A DNA stretch of 50,347 nucleotides from Campylobacterota bacterium. Lineage in GTDB: Bacteria; Campylobacterota; Campylobacteria; Campylobacterales; Arcobacteraceae. A program made the position numbers and the translations under genes. Position 1 is the first letter of the stretch. The number at the start of each line of letters is the position of its first letter. A model generated the notes under the pieces. The model worked only from the letters and a program-made list of their open reading frames with translations, made no database searches and was not told the origin of the DNA. Location of the stretch: assembly GCA_051746405.1 (NCBI GenBank), contig JBNJFB010000013.1, positions 1 through 50,347 of the forward strand. The letters run 5' to 3'. Of this stretch, positions 10,797-20,153 are shown piece by piece.

Positions 10797-11066
10797 ATGA
10801 ATATATATGTTGGAAATCTGTCTTATAGAATGACAGATAAGGATTTAGAAGAGGTTTTTGCTGAGTTTGGCGGAGTTAAAAGTGCTAAGATTATTATGGA
10901 TAGAGAAACTGGAAGATCAAAAGGTTTTGGTTTTGTAGAGATGGATTCATCTGATGCAGGAAGCAAAGCTATCGAAGCATTAAACGGAAATGATTGTGAA
11001 GGAAGATCTCTTAGAGTTAACGAAGCTAAACCAAGAGAAGAAAGACCTAGAAGACAATTTAACTAA
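10797..11066 (+). CDS. RRM-domain RNA-binding protein
   Basis: IYVGNL (RNP2), KGFGFVEM (RNP1), LRVNEA. Confidence 0.93.
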   Translation: MNIYVGNLSYRMTDKDLEEVFAEFGGVKSAKIIMDRETGRSKGFGFVEMDSSDAGSKAIEALNGNDCEGRSLRVNEAKPREERPRRQFN

Positions 11067-11087
11067 ATTTGACTTGAAAACATTAAT

Positions 11088-11117
11088 AAAAAGGTATCCA
11101 CTTTGGGTACCTTTTTT
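11088..11117. terminator. Bidirectional intrinsic terminator
   Basis: AAAAAGGTATCCA-CTT-TGGGTACCTTTTTT hairpin with A/T tracts between the convergent RRM and DUF411 genes. Confidence 0.8.
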
Positions 11118-11126
11118 ATTGCCACT

Positions 11127-11564
11127 TTATTTAATACTTTCATATACACCTGTTGAACCATCTTTATTTATATACAAAATATCATAAGACTGTTTCATAT
11201 TACCTTGTTCCATACCTGGACTTCCTATTGGCATTCCTGGAACGGTTATTCCTTTTATTTCAGGTTTGTTTTCTAGCATTTTTTTAATAGCAGAGTAGTT
11301 TACGTGACCTTCAACAATATAGCCATCTACAATGGCTGTGTGACAAGATGCTGTTTCTCTTGTGATTCCAACCTTTGTTTTTATTTCATTTACATTATCT
11401 ACTTTTTTTGTAGTTACATTAAAACCTTTATCTTCCATAATTTCAATCCATTGGGAACAACAACCACAAAAAGGTGATTTATAAACTGTCATATTTTTGC
11501 CCTCCATTGCAAATAGTGAAGTGGCAAATAAACTTGTTGCTAATAGTGCTTTTTTTAGACTCAT
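11127..11564 (-). CDS. DUF411/CopG-like periplasmic copper-binding protein
   Basis: Signal peptide, YKSPFCGCC, SCHTA, VEGHV, PGMPIGSPGME. Confidence 0.9.
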   Translation of the reverse strand: MSLKKALLATSLFATSLFAMEGKNMTVYKSPFCGCCSQWIEIMEDKGFNVTTKKVDNVNEIKTKVGITRETASCHTAIVDGYIVEGHVNYSAIKKMLENKPEIKGITVPGMPIGSPGMEQGNMKQSYDILYINKDGSTGVYESIK

Positions 11565-11577
11565 AATAAGTATCCTT

Positions 11578-11787
11578 TTAATTTATTGTTTTTTTAAGCT
11601 CATCATACTCTTCTTTTGATATTTCACCTTTTGCTAATCTTTTTTTTAAAATATCTAAAGCAGACTCGTTTTTTGTTGACTCTTTTTTAGTAAATATAGA
11701 GACAATAATAAAGAAAAAAACCAACCAAAAAATAAACATTGAAAAACCATGAAATAGTGTCATATTCATATCCATATATCCAAACAT
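11578..11787 (-). CDS. Small membrane protein with SHOCT domain and Met/His-rich N-terminus
   Basis: MFGYMDMNMTLFHGFSM, one TM segment, ALDILKKRLAKGEISKEEY. Confidence 0.85.
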   Translation of the reverse strand: MFGYMDMNMTLFHGFSMFIFWLVFFFIIVSIFTKKESTKNESALDILKKRLAKGEISKEEYDELKKTIN

Positions 11788-11805
11788 AATAACTCCTTTT
11801 GTAAG

Positions 11806-11838
11806 ATTTTAGTATTTTAATGTGGATTTTGTGTGTAG
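11806..11838 (-). promoter_or_regulatory. Putative response-regulator direct-repeat box plus -10 (SHOCT-DUF411 promoter)
   Basis: Minus strand CTACACAC-aaa-ATCCACAT-taaaatac-TAAAAT; same geometry as the sites at 13694 and 19498. Confidence 0.7.
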
Positions 11839-11868
11839 ACTAAATATTGAGATTTATTAAATTTTATA

Positions 11869-11877
11869 TGCTACAAT
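11869..11877 (+). promoter_or_regulatory. Extended -10 promoter of the two-component operon
   Basis: TG-C-TACAAT about 22 nt upstream of the ATG at 11900. Confidence 0.5.
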
Positions 11878-11899
11878 AGCTAAGATAATAAGGATTAAT

Positions 11900-12562
11900 A
11901 TGAAGATATTACTACTAGAAGATGATTTAGTATTAAATGAGATAATTGAAGAGCATTTACAAGAGCAAGGGCATAGTATAACTACAGTTTTTGATGGAAA
12001 TAGTGCCCAAGAATTAATATACTCAAAACTATATGATTTATTACTTTTAGATGTAAATGTACCTAATATAGATGGATTTGAGTTACTAGAAGATATAAGA
12101 CAAAAGCAGATAAAAACCCCTGCTATTTATATAACCTCTGCAAATATGTTACAAGATATGGAAAAAGGGTTTAATATAGGATGTGATGATTATATAAAAA
12201 AACCATTTGAGTTAAGAGAGCTTGATTTAAGAATTAAAAATATTAAAAGACTTAGAAATATATCCACAGAAGATATAATCGATATTTCAAATAGTATGAC
12301 TTTAGATATGGAAAACTCAATATTGTACAAAGATAAAAAGCAGATACATTTACCACAAAAAGAGTGTGAAGTTCTATTTTATTTGATAAAAAACTCCCAT
12401 AGGCATATAAGTATGCAAGAGCTTAGTTTAAATATATGGTCATATGAAGACTCACCACTAGATTCAACAATAAGGACATATATAAAAAATCTAAGAAAAA
12501 TCTTAGGCGAGGATATTATATCTAATATAAGAGGAGTTGGTTATAGATTTAACAAGAAGTGA
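11900..12562 (+). CDS. crdR: OmpR-family response regulator, CrdR-like
   Basis: KILLLEDD, LLLDVNVP, DDYIKKPF, winged helix TIRTYIKNLRK..IRGVGY; adjacent to a crdA-like operon (symbol assigned from context). Confidence 0.8.
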   Translation: MKILLLEDDLVLNEIIEEHLQEQGHSITTVFDGNSAQELIYSKLYDLLLLDVNVPNIDGFELLEDIRQKQIKTPAIYITSANMLQDMEKGFNIGCDDYIKKPFELRELDLRIKNIKRLRNISTEDIIDISNSMTLDMENSILYKDKKQIHLPQKECEVLFYLIKNSHRHISMQELSLNIWSYEDSPLDSTIRTYIKNLRKILGEDIISNIRGVGYRFNKK

Positions 12563-13691
12563 GAAAAGAACTTTTATTAGCTTTTTGAGTCTATATTTAG
12601 GCTCTTTATTTGTGATGTTACTATTTATTGCATTTTTTTATTTTCAAAATGAAAAGAGATTATACTTTGATTTAACAAAATCAAATATGCAAAATGTAGC
12701 ATCAAAAATATCTTCAAAAATAGTATATGCTCATATGAGTAATGCAAGGTTAGATATATCAAATATTTTAGAATCAAATGACTACAAGGTATCTTTTTAT
12801 AATAAGAAAAAAGAGAAACTATCAAGAAAAGAAAGTAGCAATATAGATTTTTCAAAAGATATTATTAAAAAAGATAATAGAATTATTTTAGTTGATAGCT
12901 CTACTTTGGGGCATTTAGGTATATATTATATAGTCATAGAAGAAAATAAGTTTTATAGTCGAATAGAAAAGCTTAAAATAGATACAGCCCTATTTTTTCT
13001 TTTGATATACTCTTTTATTGCATTAGTAGGATTCTATCTTGCAAGGCTATTTCTAAAACCTATAAAACAAGAAAGAGAAAAACTAAATAACTTTATAAAA
13101 GATACTACCCATGAGCTAAATACACCAATAACTGCAATTTTGATGTCAACAGAGAAATCAAATCTATCCTATAAGCAGATTGAGCGAATAAGATTAAGTG
13201 CAAAAAGAGTATCTGAAATCTATAAGGACTTGACATATATTTTTTTACAGACAAAAGAGAATCAAGAATTCTTAGAGTATGTGGACTTAAAAGATATTAT
13301 TGATGAACAGTTAAAATATTTTGAAGCACTATCTGCTAAAAAAAGAATTAAAATCATAAATGAAACGGAAAGTTTTAAATATAAAATCGATCAAGATGAC
13401 TTTATAAGAGTGATAAACAACCTAATATCAAATGCTATAAAATATAATAAACATAATGGAGAAATAAAAATAGTATTAAAAAACGGTATATTAAAAATAA
13501 GTGATACAGGTATAGGAATAGATACTAAACATAAAAAAGATATATTTAAGAGATATTATAGAGCAACAAATCAACAAGGAGGCTTTGGTATAGGACTTAG
13601 CATAGTAAGTTATATATGTGAAAAATATAATATAAAATTAGATGTTCAATCAAAGTTAAAAAAAGGAACTACCTTTATTTTAGAATTTTAA
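12537..13691 (+). CDS. crdS: Sensor histidine kinase, CrdS-like
   Basis: Two TM segments, H-box TTHELNTP, NLISNAIKY, DTGIGI, GGFGIGL; overlaps the regulator (symbol assigned from context). Confidence 0.8.
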   Translation: MVIDLTRSEKRTFISFLSLYLGSLFVMLLFIAFFYFQNEKRLYFDLTKSNMQNVASKISSKIVYAHMSNARLDISNILESNDYKVSFYNKKKEKLSRKESSNIDFSKDIIKKDNRIILVDSSTLGHLGIYYIVIEENKFYSRIEKLKIDTALFFLLIYSFIALVGFYLARLFLKPIKQEREKLNNFIKDTTHELNTPITAILMSTEKSNLSYKQIERIRLSAKRVSEIYKDLTYIFLQTKENQEFLEYVDLKDIIDEQLKYFEALSAKKRIKIINETESFKYKIDQDDFIRVINNLISNAIKYNKHNGEIKIVLKNGILKISDTGIGIDTKHKKDIFKRYYRATNQQGGFGIGLSIVSYICEKYNIKLDVQSKLKKGTTFILEF

Positions 13692-13693
13692 CT

Positions 13694-13726
13694 CTCCACA
13701 CTAACTCCACACAACTTAGCTAATAT
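13694..13726 (+). promoter_or_regulatory. Putative response-regulator direct-repeat box plus -10 (crdA-cus promoter)
   Basis: CTCCACAC-taa-CTCCACAC-aacttagc-TAATAT: a perfect 8-bp direct repeat with 11-bp period. Confidence 0.75.
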
Positions 13727-13755
13727 TTTAAAATTAAAATTTAAGGAGTTAGTTT

Positions 13756-14139
13756 ATGAAAAACTTATTTAAAGTAGTTGTATCGCTACTATTTACGCTT
13801 GGTGTATTAAATGCACAACCACTATCAGAAGAGTTACAAAAGGGTGATTATACAGTAAAGATAACATCATCAAAATCATTAACTGTTGGAAATAACGATA
13901 TTTATGTACAGCTTTTCAAAGATAACAAAGCTGTAACTGATGCAAAGGTAAAGTCAAAATTTTTTATGCCTGAGATGCCGGGTATGCCTTATATGGAGTA
14001 TAAGGACAAAGCAAACTTAGTTGGCAATAAGTATAAAATGACAATTAATTTAGCAATGAGTGGAACTTGGCAGTATCAATTAAAGTTTAAAACAAAACAA
14101 GAAAAAATATATACTCTAAGAGGGAAAGTGAATCTATAA
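13756..14139 (+). CDS. crdA: Copper resistance determinant CrdA-like periplasmic protein (YtkA/FixH-like)
   Basis: Signal peptide, FFMPEMPGMPYME and NLAMSGTWQ motifs resembling Helicobacter CrdA; first gene of the RND operon. Confidence 0.82.
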   Translation: MKNLFKVVVSLLFTLGVLNAQPLSEELQKGDYTVKITSSKSLTVGNNDIYVQLFKDNKAVTDAKVKSKFFMPEMPGMPYMEYKDKANLVGNKYKMTINLAMSGTWQYQLKFKTKQEKIYTLRGKVNL

Positions 14140-15332
14140 TGAAAAAGTTAGCTTTTACTCTTCTTTTAACTACAACTTTAGGATTTGCTGTATCTATTGA
14201 ACAGATAGTATCAAGTGGTTTAGAAAATAGTAGGGATTTAAAAAGTATTAATTACTCAATAAAAATAGCAAATGAAAATATAAAATTAGCTTCAAAATAT
14301 AGTGATCCAATGCTTACTTTTGGAGTTAATGATATTTGGCTTAATAAACCATTTAAAAGAGATAAAGAGGCTATGCAAGCATCTTATATCGGAATATCAC
14401 AAGTCATACCTACAAATAATAAGCTTGAGATAAAAGAACAAATTGCAAAGAAAGATATGAAAATACAAAGTTTAGTATTAGAAGAAAAAAAGCTAAAATT
14501 AAAATCTAAGATTTATGAATTAGCTTACTCTATAGTAGTCTTAGAAGAAAAACTAGGGTTACTAAATGAGTATGAACAAAACCTTATTAAACTACAAACT
14601 TTATCAACTGATTTTTATAAGTTAGGAAATGGAAATCAAAATGAGGTGCTAAATACTAAAGTACTACTTTTAAATCTAAAAATTAAAAAAGAGAAGTTTG
14701 AAAATATAATTAATAATTTATATTTAAAATTAGAACAAGTGTCATATATGAAAATAAGAGATATTGACATAGGTGAAAAACTTAAAAAGCTAGTTTTAAA
14801 TATGGATAGTAACAAACACCCTAAAATAAAGCAAGGGTATATAAAAGCAAAAAAATATATATATCTATCAAAACTTGAAAGAGCAAAAAAAATACCAGAT
14901 ATAAAAGTAAACCTATCATATTTTAGTAGGGACAGTAAGTTTGAAGATTATGCAAACATATCTGTAAATATTCCTTTGACTATAAATAATACGCAAAGTG
15001 TAAAGTCTTTAAAAGCAAAGTTTAAATCAAATGAAATATCTTCAAAACTAGATGATACAAAAGAGGAATTACAAGTAAAGTTTAAATCTTTACTTAATAG
15101 TGCAAATAGTGCATTAAGAAACTACAAACTTATAAGAACAGAGATAATTCCCATAAAAAATACAATTCAAAACAACTTAGAAAACTATAACAGTTTTTTA
15201 GAATCAAAACCTCAAATGATTATAAAAAACCTAAATAGTTTAATCTCATTTGAGATGGAAGCTTTAGATGAGAAGTTTGAGTATTTTTCAAACTATGCAA
15301 AAACAAAATATTATATTTTAGAGGATAAGTAA
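14139..15332 (+). CDS. TolC/CusC-like outer membrane factor (CrdB-like)
   Basis: Signal peptide, SDPMLTFG, ISQVIP, HPKI, KIPDIKVNLSY, ISVNIPL; position in the RND operon. Confidence 0.85.
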   Translation: MKKLAFTLLLTTTLGFAVSIEQIVSSGLENSRDLKSINYSIKIANENIKLASKYSDPMLTFGVNDIWLNKPFKRDKEAMQASYIGISQVIPTNNKLEIKEQIAKKDMKIQSLVLEEKKLKLKSKIYELAYSIVVLEEKLGLLNEYEQNLIKLQTLSTDFYKLGNGNQNEVLNTKVLLLNLKIKKEKFENIINNLYLKLEQVSYMKIRDIDIGEKLKKLVLNMDSNKHPKIKQGYIKAKKYIYLSKLERAKKIPDIKVNLSYFSRDSKFEDYANISVNIPLTINNTQSVKSLKAKFKSNEISSKLDDTKEELQVKFKSLLNSANSALRNYKLIRTEIIPIKNTIQNNLENYNSFLESKPQMIIKNLNSLISFEMEALDEKFEYFSNYAKTKYYILEDK

Positions 15333-16351
15333 TGCAAAAATACTATTTTAAGATAACTATATTTTTATTTATAGCTATTGCTACAAGCTTAAATGCAAAG
15401 ATTATAGAAGTTGAACAGCTATTTAATAGAAAAACAACTAATGTTAAGCAAGAGGATATCTCAATCACTAAAAGCTTTTATGGAAAACTAAAAATAGATG
15501 AATCAAAAGTTATTGATGTGGTTACAAGATTTAATGGATACATCACAAGTTTAACTGCAAATAAAACTTTTATGAAAGTAGATAAAAACCAAGAGCTATT
15601 TCAAGTATATTCAAATAAGATTTACTCAATTCAAAAGGAGCTTGAAGTTTCAAAAAAGATGAATAGGGCTATATATCAAAGTACTTTAGAGAAATTAAAA
15701 GCTTTAGATATTCATAAAAAAGAGCTTGAAAAAATCAAAAACTCAAAGCTTACATACAAAGGTGTAAAAGTATACTCTCCAGCAGATGCAATAGTTTTTA
15801 AAAAAAATATAAATGACAAAGGTGCCATCAAAAAAGGTAACCTTTTATTACAGCTTGCAAATATTGAAAAACTTTGGTTTATTGCAAATATCTATCAAAA
15901 AGATTTAGGATTTTTAAAAGATGATATGGAATCTTTAATTTATATAGATGGACTATCAACTCCAATAAAAACAAAACTTGACTATATCTATCCAAATGTT
16001 AATGAAAAAGATAAAACTGTAGATGTAAGGTTTGTAGTTGATAATAAAAACTTAAAACTATATCCTAATATGTTTGGAACTGTTAAGTTAAAATCTACAC
16101 AAAAAACAGTGCTTACTCTTCCTAAAACAGCAGTATTATCAAAGGGAAGTGAATACTATGTATTTAAGCCTATTTCAAAAAAAGAGTTTGAGCCTGTAAA
16201 GATTGAAGCAAAGAGGTTGTCATCTTATAAGTATGAGATACTTGATGGTTTACAAAAAGATGATGAGGTAATAAATAATGCTCTGTTCTTATTAGATTCA
16301 GATGCAGTTACAAATGCACTTTATGACTCTGATACAGATGATGATTGGTAG
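15332..16351 (+). CDS. cusB: CusB/CzcB-type RND periplasmic adaptor
   Basis: RFNGYI, YSPADA, LWFIANIYQ, YIYP, LYPNMF, GLQKDDEVINNALFLLDSD. Confidence 0.85.
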   Translation: MQKYYFKITIFLFIAIATSLNAKIIEVEQLFNRKTTNVKQEDISITKSFYGKLKIDESKVIDVVTRFNGYITSLTANKTFMKVDKNQELFQVYSNKIYSIQKELEVSKKMNRAIYQSTLEKLKALDIHKKELEKIKNSKLTYKGVKVYSPADAIVFKKNINDKGAIKKGNLLLQLANIEKLWFIANIYQKDLGFLKDDMESLIYIDGLSTPIKTKLDYIYPNVNEKDKTVDVRFVVDNKNLKLYPNMFGTVKLKSTQKTVLTLPKTAVLSKGSEYYVFKPISKKEFEPVKIEAKRLSSYKYEILDGLQKDDEVINNALFLLDSDAVTNALYDSDTDDDW

Positions 16352-16359
16352 GGATTATT

Positions 16360-19300
16360 ATGGTTGAAAATATAATCTCATATAGTATAAGAAATAAGTT
16401 TTTAATACTTTTTTCTGTAATAGTTCTAAGCTTTGCCTCTTTTTGGGCTGTAAAAAATACATCACTTGATGCAATCCCTGATTTATCTCCACCTCAGGTT
16501 ATTGTTCAAGTAAAATGGCCAGGACAAAGTCCTAAAACAATTGAAGAGCAAGTATCATATCCTCTTATCTCAAATCTTATGAGTCTTCCTAATATTGAAA
16601 CAGTAAGAGCTATGAGTTCATTTCAAAATGGCTTGATTTATATTATTTTCAAAGATGGAACAGATTTGTATGACTCAAGAAATAGAATATTAGAGCAGTT
16701 ATCTCAACTTCAAGGAACATTCCCCAATGGTGTAGATGTGGCAATTGGTCCAGATGCAACAGGTGTTGGATGGGCTTATGAGTATGCTTTAAAATCAGAT
16801 ACAAAATCCCTTGATGAGTTAAGAACACTGCAAGATTACTACTATAAATATGCACTTTTAGGGGTTGATGGAGTTAGTGAAATAGCCTCTATTGGTGGGT
16901 TTATAAAAAACTATGAAATAACTTTAAACCAAGATAAGTTAGTGCAGTATGATTTAAGTATAAAAGATATAAAAAAAGCTATAACTTCAAACAATGATGA
17001 GCAAGGTGGAAGAATAATCTTAGAGAATGGTTTTGAACATATGATTCAAGCAAAAGGCTATTTACAAAGTGTTGTTGATATTGAAAACATCACAGTAAAA
17101 ACAGTAAATAGTACACCCTTAAAGATTAAAGATATTGCAACTGTAAATATAACTTCTACAAATAGAAGAGGTATGGCTGATTTAAACGGTCAAGGAGATA
17201 CAGTAGGTGGAATAGTTGTTGTTAGATATGGAGAGAATCCTTATGCAGTAATAAAAGATGTAAAGAAAAAGCTTGAGACATTAAAAGTTGAAGGAGTTGA
17301 AGTAGTAGAGACTTATGATAGAACATCACTGATTGATAAGGCTATTGATACTTTAAAAAATACTCTTATTGAAGAGTCCATAATAGTTATTATTGTAACT
17401 GCACTATTTTTATTTCACTTTAGAAGTGCTTTGATTATTATCATTACTCTACCTATTACAGTTTTGATAACTTTTTTACTAATGAAGCTGTTTGGTATGG
17501 GCTCAAATATAATGAGCTTAGGTGGTATTGCTATTGCAATTGGTGCAATGGTAGATGCAACTATTGTAATGGTAGAAAATGCCCATAAGTACTTACAAGG
17601 AAAAGAGAATATCTCTAACAAAGAGCGAGTGGAGATTATAATAAAGTCTGCAAAGCAAGTGGGACGACCTATCTTTTTTGCACTTGTTTTAGTAGTAGTA
17701 TCATTTTTGCCTATTTTTGCTTTAACAGGACAGGAAGGAAGACTATTTACTCCACTTGCTTTTACTAAAACCTTTGCCATGATTGCAGGTGCTATTTTAT
17801 CTATTACTTTAGTTCCTATTTTGATGGTGTTTTTAATAAGAGGGAAAATATTAAATGAGAATAAAAATATCTTAAATAGATTTTTTACCCTACTTTATTC
17901 ACCTATATTAAAAACCTCTTTAAAACTTAGATACTTTATTGTTTTAGCTTCAATTGGTACTTTAATTGCTGCATATTCAGTTTATAAAAAGCAAAACTGG
18001 GAGTTTATGCCAATGATGAATGAACAAACCTTTATGTATATGCCTGTAACTCCTTATGGAATTGGTGTTGATTTAGCAAGGGAGCTTACAAATAAAACAA
18101 ATAAGATTATCAAGTCTTTTCCTGAAGTTGATACAGTATTTGGAAAAGCAGGTCGAGCAGACACTGCAACAGACCCAGCACCACTTGCTATGATTGAGAC
18201 AATTATTACTTTTAAACCCCAAGAGCAATGGCGAGAGGGAATGACTTATAAAAAACTAATGGATGAGATGGATAAGAAACTAAGAGTAGCAGGACTTATA
18301 AACTCATGGACATACCCTATTAGAGGAAGAATAGATATGCTTCTTACAGGGATTAGAACCCCTCTTGGGATAAAGCTTTATGGAGATGACCATAATCAGT
18401 TAGAAACAACAGCAGGGCTAATAGAGCAAAAACTAAAAGGGTTTGATAAGACTCTATCTGTATCAACTGATAAAATAAACTCAGGTTATTACTTAAATAT
18501 TGATATAAAAGAGGATTTATTAGCAAGATATGGAGTTACAAAAAATGATATCTTATCAACAGTTAGTTTAGGTGTTGCAGGAAGTAAAATATCCACTTTT
18601 ATTGATGGACTTGAGCGATACCCAATAAGTCTAAGATATGAAACAGCACAAAGGGAAGATATCACAGCTTTAAAAAACTTACAAGTAAAAACAAAACTAG
18701 GGTTTCAGCCTTTAGAGATGTTTGCAAAGCTTTACTATGAAGAGGGGCCTTCTGTAATAAAATCAGAGAAAGCTTTAAATGTAAACTTTATATATATAAC
18801 ACCTAAGAGTGATATATCATCAAAGCAGTATAAAGATGAAGCTATGAAGCTTTTGGAAGATGTGAGCTTACCACAAGGCTATTACTATGAGTGGGCAGGA
18901 CAGAGTGAGTATCTTGAATCTGCTATGAAAAGACTTATGTATATAGTACCTTTGACATTTGTGATAATATTTATTTTAATATATTTTGCACTTAGAAATA
19001 TTACATATACAGTAATAATATTTTTTACACTACCTTTTGCCTTAACAGGAGGAGTATTCTATTTAGACTATTTAGATTTTAATATATCTATCGCTGTAAT
19101 AGTTGGCTTCTTAGCACTTTTAGGAGTTGCAGCTGAAACCTCAATAGTGATGCTTGTATATTTACATGAAGCTATGAGTGACTTAATAAAAAAGGAGATA
19201 GAGTTTACAAAAGAGCATATTTTTCATGGAATCTATAAAGGTGCAGTTTTAAGGCTAAGACCAAAACTTATGACTCTATTTGCTATTTTAGGTGGTTTAA

Positions 19301-19476
19301 TTCCAATTATGTACATAGATGGGGTTGGTAGTGAAGTGATGCAAAGAATAGCAGCACCTATGATAGGTGGAATGGCTAGTTCAGCTTTATTGACACTTAT
19401 TATAATACCTGCTATATTTTATATATATGCCATTTATAGAAAAGATAAGTTAAAAGATATGACTATAAGTCATTAG
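16360..19476 (+). CDS. cusA: CusA-type Cu(I)/Ag(I) RND efflux permease
   Basis: LDAIPDLS, GPDATGVGW, GGIAIAIGAMVDA, LRLRPKLMT; the Met triad equivalents are present (FMYMP, APLAMIET, RIDMLLTG). Start moved to ATG 16360 behind AGGGA. Confidence 0.93.
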   Translation: MVENIISYSIRNKFLILFSVIVLSFASFWAVKNTSLDAIPDLSPPQVIVQVKWPGQSPKTIEEQVSYPLISNLMSLPNIETVRAMSSFQNGLIYIIFKDGTDLYDSRNRILEQLSQLQGTFPNGVDVAIGPDATGVGWAYEYALKSDTKSLDELRTLQDYYYKYALLGVDGVSEIASIGGFIKNYEITLNQDKLVQYDLSIKDIKKAITSNNDEQGGRIILENGFEHMIQAKGYLQSVVDIENITVKTVNSTPLKIKDIATVNITSTNRRGMADLNGQGDTVGGIVVVRYGENPYAVIKDVKKKLETLKVEGVEVVETYDRTSLIDKAIDTLKNTLIEESIIVIIVTALFLFHFRSALIIIITLPITVLITFLLMKLFGMGSNIMSLGGIAIAIGAMVDATIVMVENAHKYLQGKENISNKERVEIIIKSAKQVGRPIFFALVLVVVSFLPIFALTGQEGRLFTPLAFTKTFAMIAGAILSITLVPILMVFLIRGKILNENKNILNRFFTLLYSPILKTSLKLRYFIVLASIGTLIAAYSVYKKQNWEFMPMMNEQTFMYMPVTPYGIGVDLARELTNKTNKIIKSFPEVDTVFGKAGRADTATDPAPLAMIETIITFKPQEQWREGMTYKKLMDEMDKKLRVAGLINSWTYPIRGRIDMLLTGIRTPLGIKLYGDDHNQLETTAGLIEQKLKGFDKTLSVSTDKINSGYYLNIDIKEDLLARYGVTKNDILSTVSLGVAGSKISTFIDGLERYPISLRYETAQREDITALKNLQVKTKLGFQPLEMFAKLYYEEGPSVIKSEKALNVNFIYITPKSDISSKQYKDEAMKLLEDVSLPQGYYYEWAGQSEYLESAMKRLMYIVPLTFVIIFILIYFALRNITYTVIIFFTLPFALTGGVFYLDYLDFNISIAVIVGFLALLGVAAETSIVMLVYLHEAMSDLIKKEIEFTKEHIFHGIYKGAVLRLRPKLMTLFAILGGLIPIMYIDGVGSEVMQRIAAPMIGGMASSALLTLIIIPAIFYIYAIYRKDKLKDMTISH

Positions 19477-19497
19477 TTTATGGTAAAATTATAAAGT

Positions 19498-19530
19498 CTA
19501 AACATTTACTACACAAAAAGTATATAGAAT
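19498..19530 (+). promoter_or_regulatory. Putative response-regulator direct-repeat box plus -10 (yceI-RiPP promoter)
   Basis: CTAAACAT-tta-CTACACAA-aaagtata-TAGAAT; -10 ends 29 nt before the ATG, as at crdA. Confidence 0.62.
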
Positions 19531-19559
19531 TTTGCATAGATTTAAAAAAAGGGGATATT

Positions 19560-20132
19560 ATGGGAAGATTAACAAAACTTTTAACAGCAACGATACTTTC
19601 AGTTGGACTGCTAAACGCAGCACCATATGAACTAGACACATCACACTCAAATGTGGGCTTTTCTGTAAAACACTTAATGATTACAAATGTAAAAGGTGAC
19701 TTTAAAGAGTATAGTGGGGAAATTGATTTTGATAAAGATACAAAGACATTTAATAAACTAAATGCCACTGTAAAAACAGCTTCTGTTGATACAGGAATTG
19801 AAAAAAGAGATAATCACTTAAAAAGTGCAGATTTCTTTTTATCAAAAGAGTATCCAAACATGACATTTACAATGCATAGTTATGATAAGAAAAAAGAAGA
19901 GATGAAAGGTGATTTGACTATAAGAGGTGTTACAAAACCTGTAACTTTAGAAGTTGAAGATTTAGCAACTATAAAAGATTTACAAGGAAATACAAGAGTT
20001 GGATTTACACTTGAAGGTGAAATAAACAGAACAGACTTTGGTCTAAAATGGAACAAAGCATTAGAGTTTGGTGGGATAGCAGTAAGTGAAAATGTAAAAA
20101 TTTTAGTAGATGTACAAGCAAAAAAGAAATAA
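19560..20132 (+). CDS. YceI-family periplasmic lipid/polyisoprenoid-binding protein
   Basis: Signal peptide, YELDTSHSNVGFSVKH, SVDTGIEKRDNHLKSADFF, GDLTIRGVTKPV, INRTDFG. Confidence 0.93.
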   Translation: MGRLTKLLTATILSVGLLNAAPYELDTSHSNVGFSVKHLMITNVKGDFKEYSGEIDFDKDTKTFNKLNATVKTASVDTGIEKRDNHLKSADFFLSKEYPNMTFTMHSYDKKKEEMKGDLTIRGVTKPVTLEVEDLATIKDLQGNTRVGFTLEGEINRTDFGLKWNKALEFGGIAVSENVKILVDVQAKKK

Positions 20133-20153
20133 AAAAATAGAAAGGATAAACAA

